Source: a virus
Taxonomy: Duplodnaviria; Heunggongvirae; Uroviricota; Caudoviricetes; Ackermannviridae
Strand: one strand, 5' to 3'
Virus record (IMG/VR): IMGVR_UViG_2974516482_000001
Coordinates: 31,225-95,224 of that record
DNA: 64,000 bases
In this document: positions 27,087 through 36,692 of the stretch, in pieces
How the letters are laid out: each line of letters starts with the position of its first letter
How positions within the stretch are numbered: position 1 is the first letter of the stretch
Position numbers and translations under genes: made by a program
The notes under the pieces: model-generated
What the model saw: only the letters and a program-made list of their open reading frames with translations
The model's database searches: none
Told to the model about the DNA's origin: nothing

Positions 27087-27326
27087 ATGTCTAAGAAGAA
27101 AGTAGAAACAGCCGTAGAAATTGATCGTAATTGGGGATTACTCCGCGCTAAAGGTTTTCGTCGTGTTTATATGACCAAGGAAGTTTATGTTCAGCGTCGC
27201 GACGTTATTATCAGCAAGAAAGGTAAAGAGTGGGTTGCTGAAGAAGTTGACATTGAAACGGGTGTCGTCGGTAAGGTTAAAGCCAAGGCCGCGATCCTCT
27301 TCGCTCTTCTGAAGTATATCAATTAA
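27087..27326 (+). CDS. hypothetical protein (79 aa, basic)
   Basis: ORF behind the promoter cassette. Confidence 0.4.
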   Translation: MSKKKVETAVEIDRNWGLLRAKGFRRVYMTKEVYVQRRDVIISKKGKEWVAEEVDIETGVVGKVKAKAAILFALLKYIN

Positions 27327-27385
27327 TTCTATAAATTATGGCGGGGTATGATTACCCCGCCTATTTGAAATTCAGGAACTATATC

Positions 27386-27664
27386 ATGACAGATCAAAGA
27401 AGTATTGCTCGTTCGGAAATCAAAGATATTATACAGAGCAAAACCAACGAAACTCATGCTCAATCCAGAATGCTATCTCGATTTGTTGAAATTAAGTTTG
27501 ACATTGAAGAGAATAACAATCGGAGAGCGCTGGAGGGAATGTTGGCGATTATCTTGGGCCATGTCACCAATTCAGCATACGACATGGATGATTTAACTCG
27601 TTTGTTGAACGCCCAGAATAACGTTGGGACTTCTGTTCGCGAATTGCTGTTTAAGTCCGAATGA
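27386..27664 (+). CDS. hypothetical protein (92 aa)
   Basis: ggaactatatcATG context. The track start at 27338 lies inside the upstream terminator hairpin and is rejected. Confidence 0.4.
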   Translation: MTDQRSIARSEIKDIIQSKTNETHAQSRMLSRFVEIKFDIEENNNRRALEGMLAIILGHVTNSAYDMDDLTRLLNAQNNVGTSVRELLFKSE

Positions 27665-27701
27665 ACTAACTAAGGGATAACCCTATATCCCGAGGTGTGT
27701 C

Positions 27702-28151
27702 ATGTTTCTTACATCCTTTATTGACTGGATGAATATCATAAATGGCCTGAGGATTCCTGTTGGGAACCTCGGGCTTTCTCGTTCTTCTATGCCGCAAATC
27801 GATGCCGACAAACAAGAAGATTTTCACAAATATCTTGAAGACAACGGCGTGTCTATAGATGCTGCGCAAGTGCCCATCAAAATGCTTCGTCTTACCCAGA
27901 ACGAAATCAATAAAATGAAGGTCTGGAAGATTATGAAGCAGATCAGAAATAAGAAGCCCATGGGTCGAGTTTGGGTGTCTTCTGACAATTACGTTGTTGA
28001 CGGGTCTCACCGATTTGTCGCTGCGTTGAACATGGACGGCAAACAGCGCATGAAGGTCTACAAAGTTGATTTGCCAGCGATGGAATTTGTTAAACTCGCT
28101 AAACAGTTTCAGGGTGTGCGATACAGAACGGTCAGTGATAGTCGATACTGA
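27702..28151 (+). CDS. ParB-like nuclease (ParB/Srx fold) domain protein
   Basis: LRLTQNEIN ... YVVDGSHRFVAAL matches the ParB N-terminal domain signature (x-DG-HR-xAA). Confidence 0.5.
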   Translation: MFLTSFIDWMNIINGLRIPVGNLGLSRSSMPQIDADKQEDFHKYLEDNGVSIDAAQVPIKMLRLTQNEINKMKVWKIMKQIRNKKPMGRVWVSSDNYVVDGSHRFVAALNMDGKQRMKVYKVDLPAMEFVKLAKQFQGVRYRTVSDSRY

Positions 28152-28235
28152 TCTGAATACGATAGTTTATTGAAACCCTTTACTCAACATGGTGACAGCC
28201 CTATCATTTTATCCAATGAAATAAGGAGAATCACC

Positions 28236-28925
28236 ATGAAACGTTTAATCATCGGGGTTGTGCTGGCTGGTCTGGCACTTCCTGCCACCGCCAAGCTGAA
28301 CTCCACAGGTGAAAAACTGTGGTCTGATCTTTCCTACTGTGCTGGGTTCTCCCAAGCCGTCGCTATAGACAAAACTGGTTCCATAGAGAACTTTGCTGAA
28401 CTCTGGGCCACAGGTAATGTCACAGATGCCGTTGTAAATGCTGGTATTGAGTTTAATCGATATAAGCAAGGCGCGTTCAACCTGAAAGGATATATGAACG
28501 ACGAAGAATTTAACCGAGGAGGCATGGAGGCGAGCGATCTTATTATGACTGGTCGTATGGGTACACAAGGACGAATGACCGTAAGACAGTGCCGTTCTCT
28601 TCCTTCTCCAGCATTACAAAAAGGTGTGCAGGTTGGCCGACGTCAGCTGGATCTCATCAATGATGGAAACCAATGTATTCGAGTATTTGAATACAGCGCT
28701 GATCAAGAATCTGATCGAAGACTGAAAAAGGAATGGCGGACTCGCGCCCTTGGCCTGAGAGCATGGCTAGTGGAAAATGATCATTATTATGAAGACCGTG
28801 TTCAGAATGGTTTGAAAGATCTTTCCACTAATTTGTCTGTCAATCTAGACGACCCAAGGCTTTCGCGTGAACTCAAGCAAACAAGAATTGACTGTGATAA
28901 TATGATGAAGGAGAACGAAAGATGA
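28236..28925 (+). CDS. secreted/periplasmic protein with Sec signal peptide (229 aa)
   Basis: MKRLIIGVVLAGLALPATA signal peptide. AAGGAGA SD. Confidence 0.5.
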   Translation: MKRLIIGVVLAGLALPATAKLNSTGEKLWSDLSYCAGFSQAVAIDKTGSIENFAELWATGNVTDAVVNAGIEFNRYKQGAFNLKGYMNDEEFNRGGMEASDLIMTGRMGTQGRMTVRQCRSLPSPALQKGVQVGRRQLDLINDGNQCIRVFEYSADQESDRRLKKEWRTRALGLRAWLVENDHYYEDRVQNGLKDLSTNLSVNLDDPRLSRELKQTRIDCDNMMKENER

Positions 28926-29242
28926 AAATCAAAATCTTATTGTTATTCCTGTACGCTTTCATGTCTTCCCAAGTATTGGCAGCTCCGGCCAGTAAGTTGA
29001 ATATTTGTGCTGCTTGGTTGTCTACATATCAACAATTTCATCCGGATGATAAGGACACATCAATCCTTTTATCTGATTATGAAGGTGAATTGAAACGCCT
29101 TGATCTCTATAGTGTGGACCAGATAGAGAATGCGCTTGATTTACCCATGATGGAATCTGCCGCAGACAACAGCAAACAGACTATTAAAGATCTGACTATG
29201 TGCCGTGAAATTGCAACTAATTTCGTTGGAAATCAAAGATAG
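28922..29242 (+). CDS. secreted/periplasmic protein with signal peptide (106 aa)
   Basis: MKIKILLLFLYAFMSSQVLAAPA. ATGA overlap with the upstream secreted-protein gene. Confidence 0.5.
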   Translation: MKIKILLLFLYAFMSSQVLAAPASKLNICAAWLSTYQQFHPDDKDTSILLSDYEGELKRLDLYSVDQIENALDLPMMESAADNSKQTIKDLTMCREIATNFVGNQR

Positions 29243-29291
29243 TTTCAGGTTAAAATTTTATTCCCCATTGAACTGAAAGGTGTATTTCGTG

Positions 29292-30083
29292 ATGATCATT
29301 ACCAAAAAGATCGCTGAGGCGATCGTTGAAAAGAATAAAATGTTCGCACCTAGCAAAGCAAAGGTTATTCTGATCCATGATGATGGTCGCGTGGTCTTCG
29401 CTGAAAAATTTGAGCAAGGGTGCGCTTTCTGGTTTGCAGACACTATGCGTGAAAGCAAGCTACAGGGCATCATTTACAAATTAACTCTGGTTGCCAAGCG
29501 CAACGACCAGGGTGACTGGGTTACGGTTTGTGATTTCAGCTCCAAGGTTGATACTCGACCAAAATCTCGCCAAGAGAGAATTCTGGAAGCTCAGGAAAAA
29601 CTTGTTGCTGCTCGTACTTCACCAGTCATTAAGCCAGCAGTCATCTCCCCTTCTATTGATCTGCCGCCTGTCAGCCAAAAGGCTGTTGAGCAATATGCAG
29701 AAAAACGAAAAGAAGAACCCGTGAAGTCTCCGGTTGAGAATAAAGAAGAATCTGAATTTATTTCAATCAGGCAGTTATGTCCGCAAGAAAGACGATTTTC
29801 TTCACCAAATGATTTATTCGTGTCTTTCCGGTCTAATGGGAAGATTATATTGTGCAAAACCCTACGGGAACAATTGCAGTGGACTAACATCAATATGATG
29901 GTGAGTCGGAACTTCAAACGATTCGCAATCGGTGAAGGTAAAGATTATCCTGTTAATAAGAGCGGAACATATGCAAATCGTCATATGTGCGACAAATTGT
30001 CTTTCCCAAACGATTCTGGCACTATTCGTGTTCGTTTAGAATGGGATGAAAGTTTGAACATGTATGTCGGTGATATAAAATAA
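29292..30083 (+). CDS. hypothetical protein (263 aa)
   Basis: AAGGTG SD. ATG at 29292 (track start 29280 is non-ATG). Confidence 0.45.
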   Translation: MIITKKIAEAIVEKNKMFAPSKAKVILIHDDGRVVFAEKFEQGCAFWFADTMRESKLQGIIYKLTLVAKRNDQGDWVTVCDFSSKVDTRPKSRQERILEAQEKLVAARTSPVIKPAVISPSIDLPPVSQKAVEQYAEKRKEEPVKSPVENKEESEFISIRQLCPQERRFSSPNDLFVSFRSNGKIILCKTLREQLQWTNINMMVSRNFKRFAIGEGKDYPVNKSGTYANRHMCDKLSFPNDSGTIRVRLEWDESLNMYVGDIK

Positions 30084-30139
30084 TTCTATAATACAAGGGC
30101 GGTTATTATTAAACCGCCTTTATTTGAGAGATCTATATT

Positions 30140-30808
30140 ATGAACAACAAGAGCCGTATTATCATCGGGGCTGACCAGGGTAATTTATATTTTGAAAGAT
30201 CTGGTGTTGTCGCCCACGCTATCCTTCCCACTGGAATTTCCGTTTATTGTGTGGAACATCCTGACCCTACAGTTAAACGTCTTTGCTATGTCTCCCGTGA
30301 AAATGGACTAATTGTATTGCCAGAAGGCGCGATTATGCGTGCACGATTTTGGCCGATCGATTTTAATTCCATGAGCAATAGGGAGATCGACGCCCGTTTC
30401 TTCGCATATAATATGAACCGGACTCTGAAAAATGAAACTCAGAGAGTTGTTCATTTCGACAATGAAACTCATGGAGTGACGTTAGAATTCAGAATTCGTG
30501 GTGAAGCTCTTCAGGTGAAGAAATCAAGCTGGAAAACTGAAGGGACGTTCACATATGATTATGCGTTAATCGACAAATTGTGCAATCAGTTTCGCATTAG
30601 CCTGACTGCCAACGACGATTTAGGTCAGTATGTTGTATGGACAGCCCGTTCACCACATATGAACGGCATCATGATGGAGAGTGAAACTCGTAATCGCGCT
30701 GTGCTCCAACTGCTGCTGTTAGATGCGTATTCTCGCAACCCGTTGGAATATCTGTCTCGGGAACAGATTGATAACGCGCTTTCTCATTGTAATCGTCTGG
30801 AGGTGTAA
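30140..30808 (+). CDS. hypothetical protein (222 aa); first gene of a 5-gene overlapping operon
   Basis: ORF with a hairpin upstream. Confidence 0.45.
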   Translation: MNNKSRIIIGADQGNLYFERSGVVAHAILPTGISVYCVEHPDPTVKRLCYVSRENGLIVLPEGAIMRARFWPIDFNSMSNREIDARFFAYNMNRTLKNETQRVVHFDNETHGVTLEFRIRGEALQVKKSSWKTEGTFTYDYALIDKLCNQFRISLTANDDLGQYVVWTARSPHMNGIMMESETRNRAVLQLLLLDAYSRNPLEYLSREQIDNALSHCNRLEV

Positions 30809-30809
30809 T

Positions 30810-31097
30810 ATGTCCGGCGTATGGTGTGATGTATTGTTGGTAAGATTTTCAAACGGGATGGATAATCAGATCATTTCATTCTTTTATCCTGTCCCTTTTT
30901 CTTCGATGGGTCTGACTGTCAAGCGCGTTCTTGACATTGAAGAAAAACTCAACACGATGCCGTATATGGCACGACCACATGTGCTGGGTTGTGATCTGTT
31001 AAACGAAATGATGATTGACGAGAATCTTGTTGAAACAATTATCACGCGTGAACAGATGAAAACCATACTGTCTCAGGGAGAACCCCATGTCGAATAA
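30810..31097 (+). CDS. hypothetical protein (95 aa)
   Basis: GGAGGTG SD. Starts 2 nt after the upstream stop. Confidence 0.4.
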   Translation: MSGVWCDVLLVRFSNGMDNQIISFFYPVPFSSMGLTVKRVLDIEEKLNTMPYMARPHVLGCDLLNEMMIDENLVETIITREQMKTILSQGEPHVE

Positions 31098-31407
31098 ACC
31101 GTTTGAACTTAAATTTCGCGTTTGGCATATTCCCCAGGTTCCTGGGATCGCTTTTCATGTTGAGGTTCCAACATTTGAAGAAGCGCAACGTCTGAAGAAT
31201 ACTCTGGCCGATTACGACCTGTTTCAGTATAACAATAACATCAAGCCGGATTATTGTAATGCTTCCGGCGTTCAAATATACCAACATGATCTGACTGAAG
31301 AAGATCTAAATGATATGGGACTGGATGATCGTTGGGTTGATATCGAAGATATTGACGAACTCAACGATTATTTTGATCATCTGCGTAGCACAGGGTGGGA
31401 AATATGA
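31087..31407 (+). CDS. hypothetical acidic protein (106 aa)
   Basis: Overlaps neighbours at both ends. Confidence 0.4.
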   Translation: MSNKPFELKFRVWHIPQVPGIAFHVEVPTFEEAQRLKNTLADYDLFQYNNNIKPDYCNASGVQIYQHDLTEEDLNDMGLDDRWVDIEDIDELNDYFDHLRSTGWEI

Positions 31408-31613
31408 TCGGGTTAATCCGTTATCTGTTCATATTCGTAATAACAACATTCATTTTATTTTTCTTTTTCAAATACTTGAAAGAGACTAAAATCTACCGGA
31501 GTAAACGTTGGCGCAAACGGGTGAGAGTAACTTTCCTACTGCTGATTTCTTCGGTTACAATAACTGCACTCACGTTGGGTGCTTATATTTACATTTTTGA
31601 AGGAGTACATTGA
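31404..31613 (+). CDS. small two-TM membrane protein (69 aa)
   Basis: ATGA overlap upstream and TGATG overlap downstream. Hydrophobic helices. Confidence 0.4.
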   Translation: MIGLIRYLFIFVITTFILFFFFKYLKETKIYRSKRWRKRVRVTFLLLISSVTITALTLGAYIYIFEGVH

Positions 31614-32404
31614 TGTTCAAGAAACTGGTATTTGGCGCAATTATGGTCCTAGCAACAAGCCTTCTTTCAGGCTGCGGCGGTGTTATCGATGAAGGAAACG
31701 TCGGTGTTCGAACCCAATGGGGTGAAGTGGACATGAACCCTGTAACAGCGGGGATCTACACCAGCTTTGTTTCAAGCGTGGATGTTTACACGACCAAAGA
31801 AGCCGTTGTGAGTCTGACTAAAATGACGCCAAAGGCCAAAGACAACCTGACCTTGGAAGATCTGGATGTGGATGTTTATTACACACCCAATGTCGCAAAG
31901 GTTCCGTGGTTCCATACCAAATTTGCAGGTCAGAGCGCTGAACTCGGTGACGGCACGATAGCGGTGGGATTCAACCTGGTTAAAACCGCCGCAGCATCCT
32001 CAACGATGGACGCCGTTTCCTCTTTGGATTCTATGACAATTCACACCCAACGGGCTGAGTTAGAAAAGATGATCAAGGAACGCACCCAGCAGCAATTGGA
32101 AACTGCTGCGCCTGGCATGTTCACAATCACACGTGTGTTGGTGAAAAAGGCGCTGACAGATCCTTCGATTGAGCAATCTATCCGTGATAATGTCATGGCC
32201 GACAAACGTTTGGATACAGCAAGAAAGAACGTTGAAATTCGCGACCAAGAAGCCAAGGCGAATCAGAAACTGACGACATCTCTGACACCTGAATATTTAC
32301 AACACGAATATAACATGGTGTTGCAATCTTGCGCCAACAGTGGAAAATGTACTCTGATCGTTGACGGATCCGGCTCAGGTAAAATGCTGAACGTCGGCAA
32401 ATAA
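31613..32404 (+). CDS. lipoprotein with SPFH/band-7-like domain
   Basis: Signal peptide plus lipobox LLSGC. GNVGVRTQWGEV resembles the SPFH (prohibitin/HflK/YqiK) N-terminal motif. Confidence 0.5.
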   Translation: MFKKLVFGAIMVLATSLLSGCGGVIDEGNVGVRTQWGEVDMNPVTAGIYTSFVSSVDVYTTKEAVVSLTKMTPKAKDNLTLEDLDVDVYYTPNVAKVPWFHTKFAGQSAELGDGTIAVGFNLVKTAAASSTMDAVSSLDSMTIHTQRAELEKMIKERTQQQLETAAPGMFTITRVLVKKALTDPSIEQSIRDNVMADKRLDTARKNVEIRDQEAKANQKLTTSLTPEYLQHEYNMVLQSCANSGKCTLIVDGSGSGKMLNVGK

Positions 32405-32487
32405 ACGCTTTATTCAATAATATTTGTTAGGTAAGCTGTAGCCCTCTTGTAGTGAAACATTGTAAACAACTAACTGGAGTAATCCGA

Positions 32488-32766
32488 ATGAACCGTACTG
32501 ATTTTATCGCCCACATCGCCCAAACTCAGGGTGTGACCAAAGGCGAAGCAGAGAAGATCGTAGCATCCTTTATCAACGGCGTAAAAACTGCAGTCGCGGC
32601 TGGCCAATCTGTCCAATTCGTAGGCTTCGGCGCGTTCGAAGTTAAACATCAGGAAGCGCGCACTGGCCGCAACCCGCTGAACGGACAACAGATCCAGATC
32701 GAAGCGAAAAATGTAGTTAAATTCAAAGTTGGTGAAGGTCTGAAAGCTGCTGCCAACGGCCAGTAA
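32488..32766 (+). CDS. HU/IHF-family DNA-binding protein
   Basis: Full-length match to the bacterial HU pattern (MNRTDFI...GFGAFEVKHQEARTGRNP..G..I.I..K.V.F..G..LK). Confidence 0.8.
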   Translation: MNRTDFIAHIAQTQGVTKGEAEKIVASFINGVKTAVAAGQSVQFVGFGAFEVKHQEARTGRNPLNGQQIQIEAKNVVKFKVGEGLKAAANGQ

Positions 32767-32825
32767 TCACACCAGGCGTCGGCCCAGCGCATGTCTGCAG
32801 TGCAGCGGCGCAATGCTAAAAGGAG

Positions 32826-32853
32826 AAGCCGAGGTTAATGCCTCGGCTTTTTC
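32826..32853 (+). terminator. rho-independent terminator after HU gene
   Basis: gaagccgagg-ttaat-gcctcggcttttt. Confidence 0.6.
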
Positions 32854-32901
32854 GTTGTTGGGATTCGGGTAAACTATAACAGAATCCAAAGGAGGAACAA
32901 C

Positions 32902-34623
32902 GTGACAGCATTTAATCAATACCGAAAGGCGATTGACGCCATAGGCCGTAAGGTTCCTGTGGAAGAAATACAACGCCTTGCCAAAGATGAATTCCCATAT
33001 GACAAAGCGAACCCAGGCCAGATGGAATGCATCGTCGAAGCCATAGATGCGCTTATCAACAAAAAGGTTAAACATGTCATCATTGAAGCTCCGACAGGCG
33101 TCGGTAAATCTTTGATTGGCACTACCATTCATAAAGTGATTCGCCATCTAGTTTTACAGGCTGATCCTTATGGGCAATTTCGCACTTCTATCAGCACCCC
33201 GACCAAAGGTCTGCAAGATCAGTATGCTGCTGAAAAGGCGGTGGCGATAGACATCCTAAAAGGCAAGAAGAACTATCGTTGCCACGTACATCCAGATGTG
33301 TATTACAATGCTGTCCAATGCCGTATAGCATGCCGTGACGGGCATTGTAGCAAACGCCGCTGTCCTTATGTACAGGCGCGTAATTTGTGGACGGATATTT
33401 CATCATTGCGTTGTACTAATGCTGCCATGATGATCGAAATGTGTACAACCATCTGCATGAAGCCCGAAAACCGTTCCGATATGCTGATCCTTGACGAGTG
33501 TCATAAAATGCCGTCTACGCTCCTAGAGCACACGATCATGGAATACAATACAAAGGCCGTGGAGGGGCTGCGTTCTATCCCTGAGGGCAAGGAGATCGTC
33601 TCTACCATTGGTGATATCGTAGAACGTACCAAGGACTATGTTCTGGGCAAGTTATATTCTTTGTCTGGCGAACTACATTCAATGTTTGAAGACCTCCATC
33701 TCAAAGTAGAAAATTTGTTGGAAGTTCTTGAAGAATTGGTCGAAGATGATCGCTTGAGTGAAAGCCAAGTGATGAAACTCGCCGACATTATAGATGTCTT
33801 GCATAACTTGAGTGATTATTGCGGTATTATGTCACAAACCCAAGCAAGTACATTTATTGTGCAAGAAAAGGGGGAAGATTTTATCCGGTTTAAACCTGTT
33901 ATGCCTTCTGATGTAAGCGAATTCGGGTTATTCCGAAAAGCCGATTATCACGTTCATATGTCAGCAACGATCTGTGGCATAGATTCTTATGCTCGTTCAT
34001 TGGGTATTCGACAGGGGGATTATCATTCCATTCAGATCGGCAACCCTATCCCAATTGAAAACAGAAAAGTCAACTATATGCCCATAGTGAAGATGACTAA
34101 CAATATGGGTGACTATGAAATGAAAAGGTTGACGGAATATATTGATGAAATAATCGCGTTCCACCCAGGTCAGTCCGGTATTATCCATACAGTGAGTTAT
34201 GATCGCGCCTTGGCAATACAAAAATTCAGCAAATATCAGAATTTTATCCATGTTCCGCGTACCCGAAAGGCGTTGATGGATATTATGGAAAATGCTTTTA
34301 GAACAAAGTCCCCATGCGTCATTGCCAGTCCGGCTATGGAAGAAGGTTATGATTTCAAAGGGGATTACAGCCGTTTCCAAATACTGATCAAAGTCCCTTA
34401 TGATTATCTGGGCGATCCACTGATAGCACATATCAATTCAGTGGATCCGTCGGCATATTTCCGCAATGCAGTACTGCGCATTGTTCAAATGTGCGGGCGT
34501 TCGGTCAGGGGTATTGATGACTGGGCTGCGACATACATCATTGATTCATCCTTTGAATCTCTTATGATGCGCAACCCAGAATTCTTCCCAACCTGGTTCA
34601 CCGATGCAGTGTTTGAGGTTTAA
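32902..34623 (+). CDS. DinG/Rad3-like SF2 helicase
   Basis: GTG start behind AAAGGAGGAA. Walker A APTGVGKS, DECH box, Cys cluster, C-terminal QMCGRSVRG. Confidence 0.7.
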   Translation: MTAFNQYRKAIDAIGRKVPVEEIQRLAKDEFPYDKANPGQMECIVEAIDALINKKVKHVIIEAPTGVGKSLIGTTIHKVIRHLVLQADPYGQFRTSISTPTKGLQDQYAAEKAVAIDILKGKKNYRCHVHPDVYYNAVQCRIACRDGHCSKRRCPYVQARNLWTDISSLRCTNAAMMIEMCTTICMKPENRSDMLILDECHKMPSTLLEHTIMEYNTKAVEGLRSIPEGKEIVSTIGDIVERTKDYVLGKLYSLSGELHSMFEDLHLKVENLLEVLEELVEDDRLSESQVMKLADIIDVLHNLSDYCGIMSQTQASTFIVQEKGEDFIRFKPVMPSDVSEFGLFRKADYHVHMSATICGIDSYARSLGIRQGDYHSIQIGNPIPIENRKVNYMPIVKMTNNMGDYEMKRLTEYIDEIIAFHPGQSGIIHTVSYDRALAIQKFSKYQNFIHVPRTRKALMDIMENAFRTKSPCVIASPAMEEGYDFKGDYSRFQILIKVPYDYLGDPLIAHINSVDPSAYFRNAVLRIVQMCGRSVRGIDDWAATYIIDSSFESLMMRNPEFFPTWFTDAVFEV

Positions 34624-35387
34624 TAACCCGCAATAAACGATAAATGGCACTTGATATTTGGTTCAAGTGTCGTTATCGTGATAATCATATTGTCCACATC
34701 TTGGCTGAAAGATATATTTGCGATCGGTTTGGTTTGAACATGATTATACAGGCTATAAATCAGATCTTCACCACGATAACCGATTTTGCCATCAGTGTCC
34801 TGCCAATGACCGAGGGTAGACTCTCGAGCGTGTACTCGGAATTCGACCATATGAAACAATGCTTTTGGGATGGTCTTCAGTATGCTGGTCCCAACAACCG
34901 GAATATCAATAGAAGAGTCGTTGGAGTTTCCTTCATAAACAGATTCCCAACCAAATATTGGATCACCTCCTGCCACAGGAGTTCTTTTCCAGTATTGGAA
35001 TTCTGGGTTGCCCGAAGCGTTCTTTTGTAGGAGGATTACTTCACCGCCTTCAAAATTGGAAGTGTCTATATCGTCCCTTGCTAATAAATCTGCCGGAGAA
35101 CCAATAAATTTCCAAGTTTCGCGATCTAAAATAGACTTATAATAATCGGTGAATACGTTGCTGTCGTTAGCTGCATTGATTGCGTCTTTAAGACCTTCAC
35201 CTGTGACCATCTCATTAAGTTTTAGCCACATGTTTTTGACAGCTGACGCAGCTGCGACCTGACCTTCAGTCCCACCCGCCGTGTAGTCATATACGATGTC
35301 CAGCTTTTGGATGGAGTCGTTTATGGACAAGAGCAAACGCTCAATTTCTGGGGCGGTCAGACTGAAACGATATGCGCGTTCTGACAT
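34620..35387 (-). CDS. hypothetical protein (255 aa)
   Basis: Lone minus-strand ORF with GAGGAA SD. Convergent with the helicase gene. Confidence 0.45.
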   Translation of the reverse strand: MSERAYRFSLTAPEIERLLLSINDSIQKLDIVYDYTAGGTEGQVAAASAVKNMWLKLNEMVTGEGLKDAINAANDSNVFTDYYKSILDRETWKFIGSPADLLARDDIDTSNFEGGEVILLQKNASGNPEFQYWKRTPVAGGDPIFGWESVYEGNSNDSSIDIPVVGTSILKTIPKALFHMVEFRVHARESTLGHWQDTDGKIGYRGEDLIYSLYNHVQTKPIANISFSQDVDNMIITITTLEPNIKCHLSFIAGY

Positions 35388-35429
35388 GATTCGTTCCTCA
35401 TCGATAAAACCAGTTTGGGATACTTATAC

Positions 35430-35966
35430 ATGATTGAAATATACACTGACGGGGCATCATCCCCTCAGAAGACAAGAGCTGCTGGTTGGGCATTTGCCAT
35501 CAGTCCAATCACTGGAGAGCAATGGAAAGTGTTTTATGGGTATTTACCCCCGCCGTCAACGAACAATATAGCTGAGTTACTCGGGGTTATAAACGCGATG
35601 AAGATCCTATGGAAATTCTCTAATTGCGGTGAACGCTGCATTCCCCCAGCCCGCATTATATCCGACAGCCAATATGTTATCAATAGCGTTTTGGAGTGGC
35701 GTCGTAAATGGGAATATGAAGGAATGCCGCCTAAGAACACAGAACTTCTGCTCGAGTTGTTCGATTATTATGACAAAGTTTGTTCAATTTGTGAACTTGA
35801 ATTAAAATGGGTGAAAGGTCATGCAGGAACGATGGGCAACGAAATTGCGGATCAGTGGAGCGTTAGAGCCAAAGAAGATAGTTCAATGGTTCTTGAAAAT
35901 AACCGTTTCTCGGTCAAGAAAGTCGTTGGTTCTTTCAATGAATTCATTGGTATCTCTGAGGGGTAG
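35430..35966 (+). CDS. rnhA: ribonuclease H (RnhA family)
   Basis: IEIYTDGAS ... NNIAEL ... WVKGHAGTMGNEIADQ catalytic motifs. Confidence 0.8.
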   Translation: MIEIYTDGASSPQKTRAAGWAFAISPITGEQWKVFYGYLPPPSTNNIAELLGVINAMKILWKFSNCGERCIPPARIISDSQYVINSVLEWRRKWEYEGMPPKNTELLLELFDYYDKVCSICELELKWVKGHAGTMGNEIADQWSVRAKEDSSMVLENNRFSVKKVVGSFNEFIGISEG

Positions 35967-35969
35967 ATC

Positions 35970-36692
35970 ATGAGTATTCCATTCGTTTACTGTTTGAAAA
36001 GTAAGGATGGACATTTGTATTTTGGCTCCAAGATTGGAGAAGATTCTGATCCAAAGCAGCTTATGGAAACATATTTCACTTCATCAAAATATGTCAAAGA
36101 CTTGATGAAAACAAAAGGAAACGATTATTTTCAGGTAGTGGGTATAGAAATATTTCCAGGTAAACCGGAAGAAGCGTTTTGGAAAGAACAACAATTGATA
36201 GAGTCCTCTTACGACAACCCCATGTTACTAAACAAACATTATCAAACTGTTGGGACTAAACCATGGACTCAATTAGGCAGAAAGGGGAACAAACAGTATT
36301 TGTTTGGAAAGGGGCACCTCCGCGCTGGTAAAAATAATCCAATGTTTGGTAAACAAGGAGCCATGAAAGGTATTACAGGGAAAGACCATCCGGCCTATGG
36401 CGTAGATCGGTCGGGTGACAAAAATGGTATGTTTGGGAAATGCGGGGAATTACATCACCACTATGGAACTCCTCCATGGGAAGTTCCAATAAGCAAGAAA
36501 TTGGGGACTTCAAAACATTGGTTGGTTGCAGAAGAAATACGATTGGAGTGGGTTGCTGGCGCAAGGCAATGCGACTTGTCAAGGAAATATGGAATTAGCA
36601 TAAAGACCATTGAAACTATGGTCGGCAAATTCCGTTCCGGTTGGATACCTTCACAAGACCCTCAGTGGGTTAATTTTAAAGGTGGTGTATAA
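35970..36692 (+). CDS. GIY-YIG homing endonuclease (Seg-like), paralog of 4166-4813
   Basis: PFVYCLKSKDGHLYFG GIY-YIG motif. C-terminal W(V/I)P..DP.WVN tail shared with the 4166 ORF. Confidence 0.75.
   Translation: MSIPFVYCLKSKDGHLYFGSKIGEDSDPKQLMETYFTSSKYVKDLMKTKGNDYFQVVGIEIFPGKPEEAFWKEQQLIESSYDNPMLLNKHYQTVGTKPWTQLGRKGNKQYLFGKGHLRAGKNNPMFGKQGAMKGITGKDHPAYGVDRSGDKNGMFGKCGELHHHYGTPPWEVPISKKLGTSKHWLVAEEIRLEWVAGARQCDLSRKYGISIKTIETMVGKFRSGWIPSQDPQWVNFKGGV

Noticed and set aside
27338-27385. Upstream ATG (27338) proposed by the ORF track for the 27386 gene
   Set aside because: The ATG sits inside the terminator hairpin ggcggggtatgattaccccgcc of the preceding gene. The downstream ATG at 27386 has the conserved ggaactatatcATG context.
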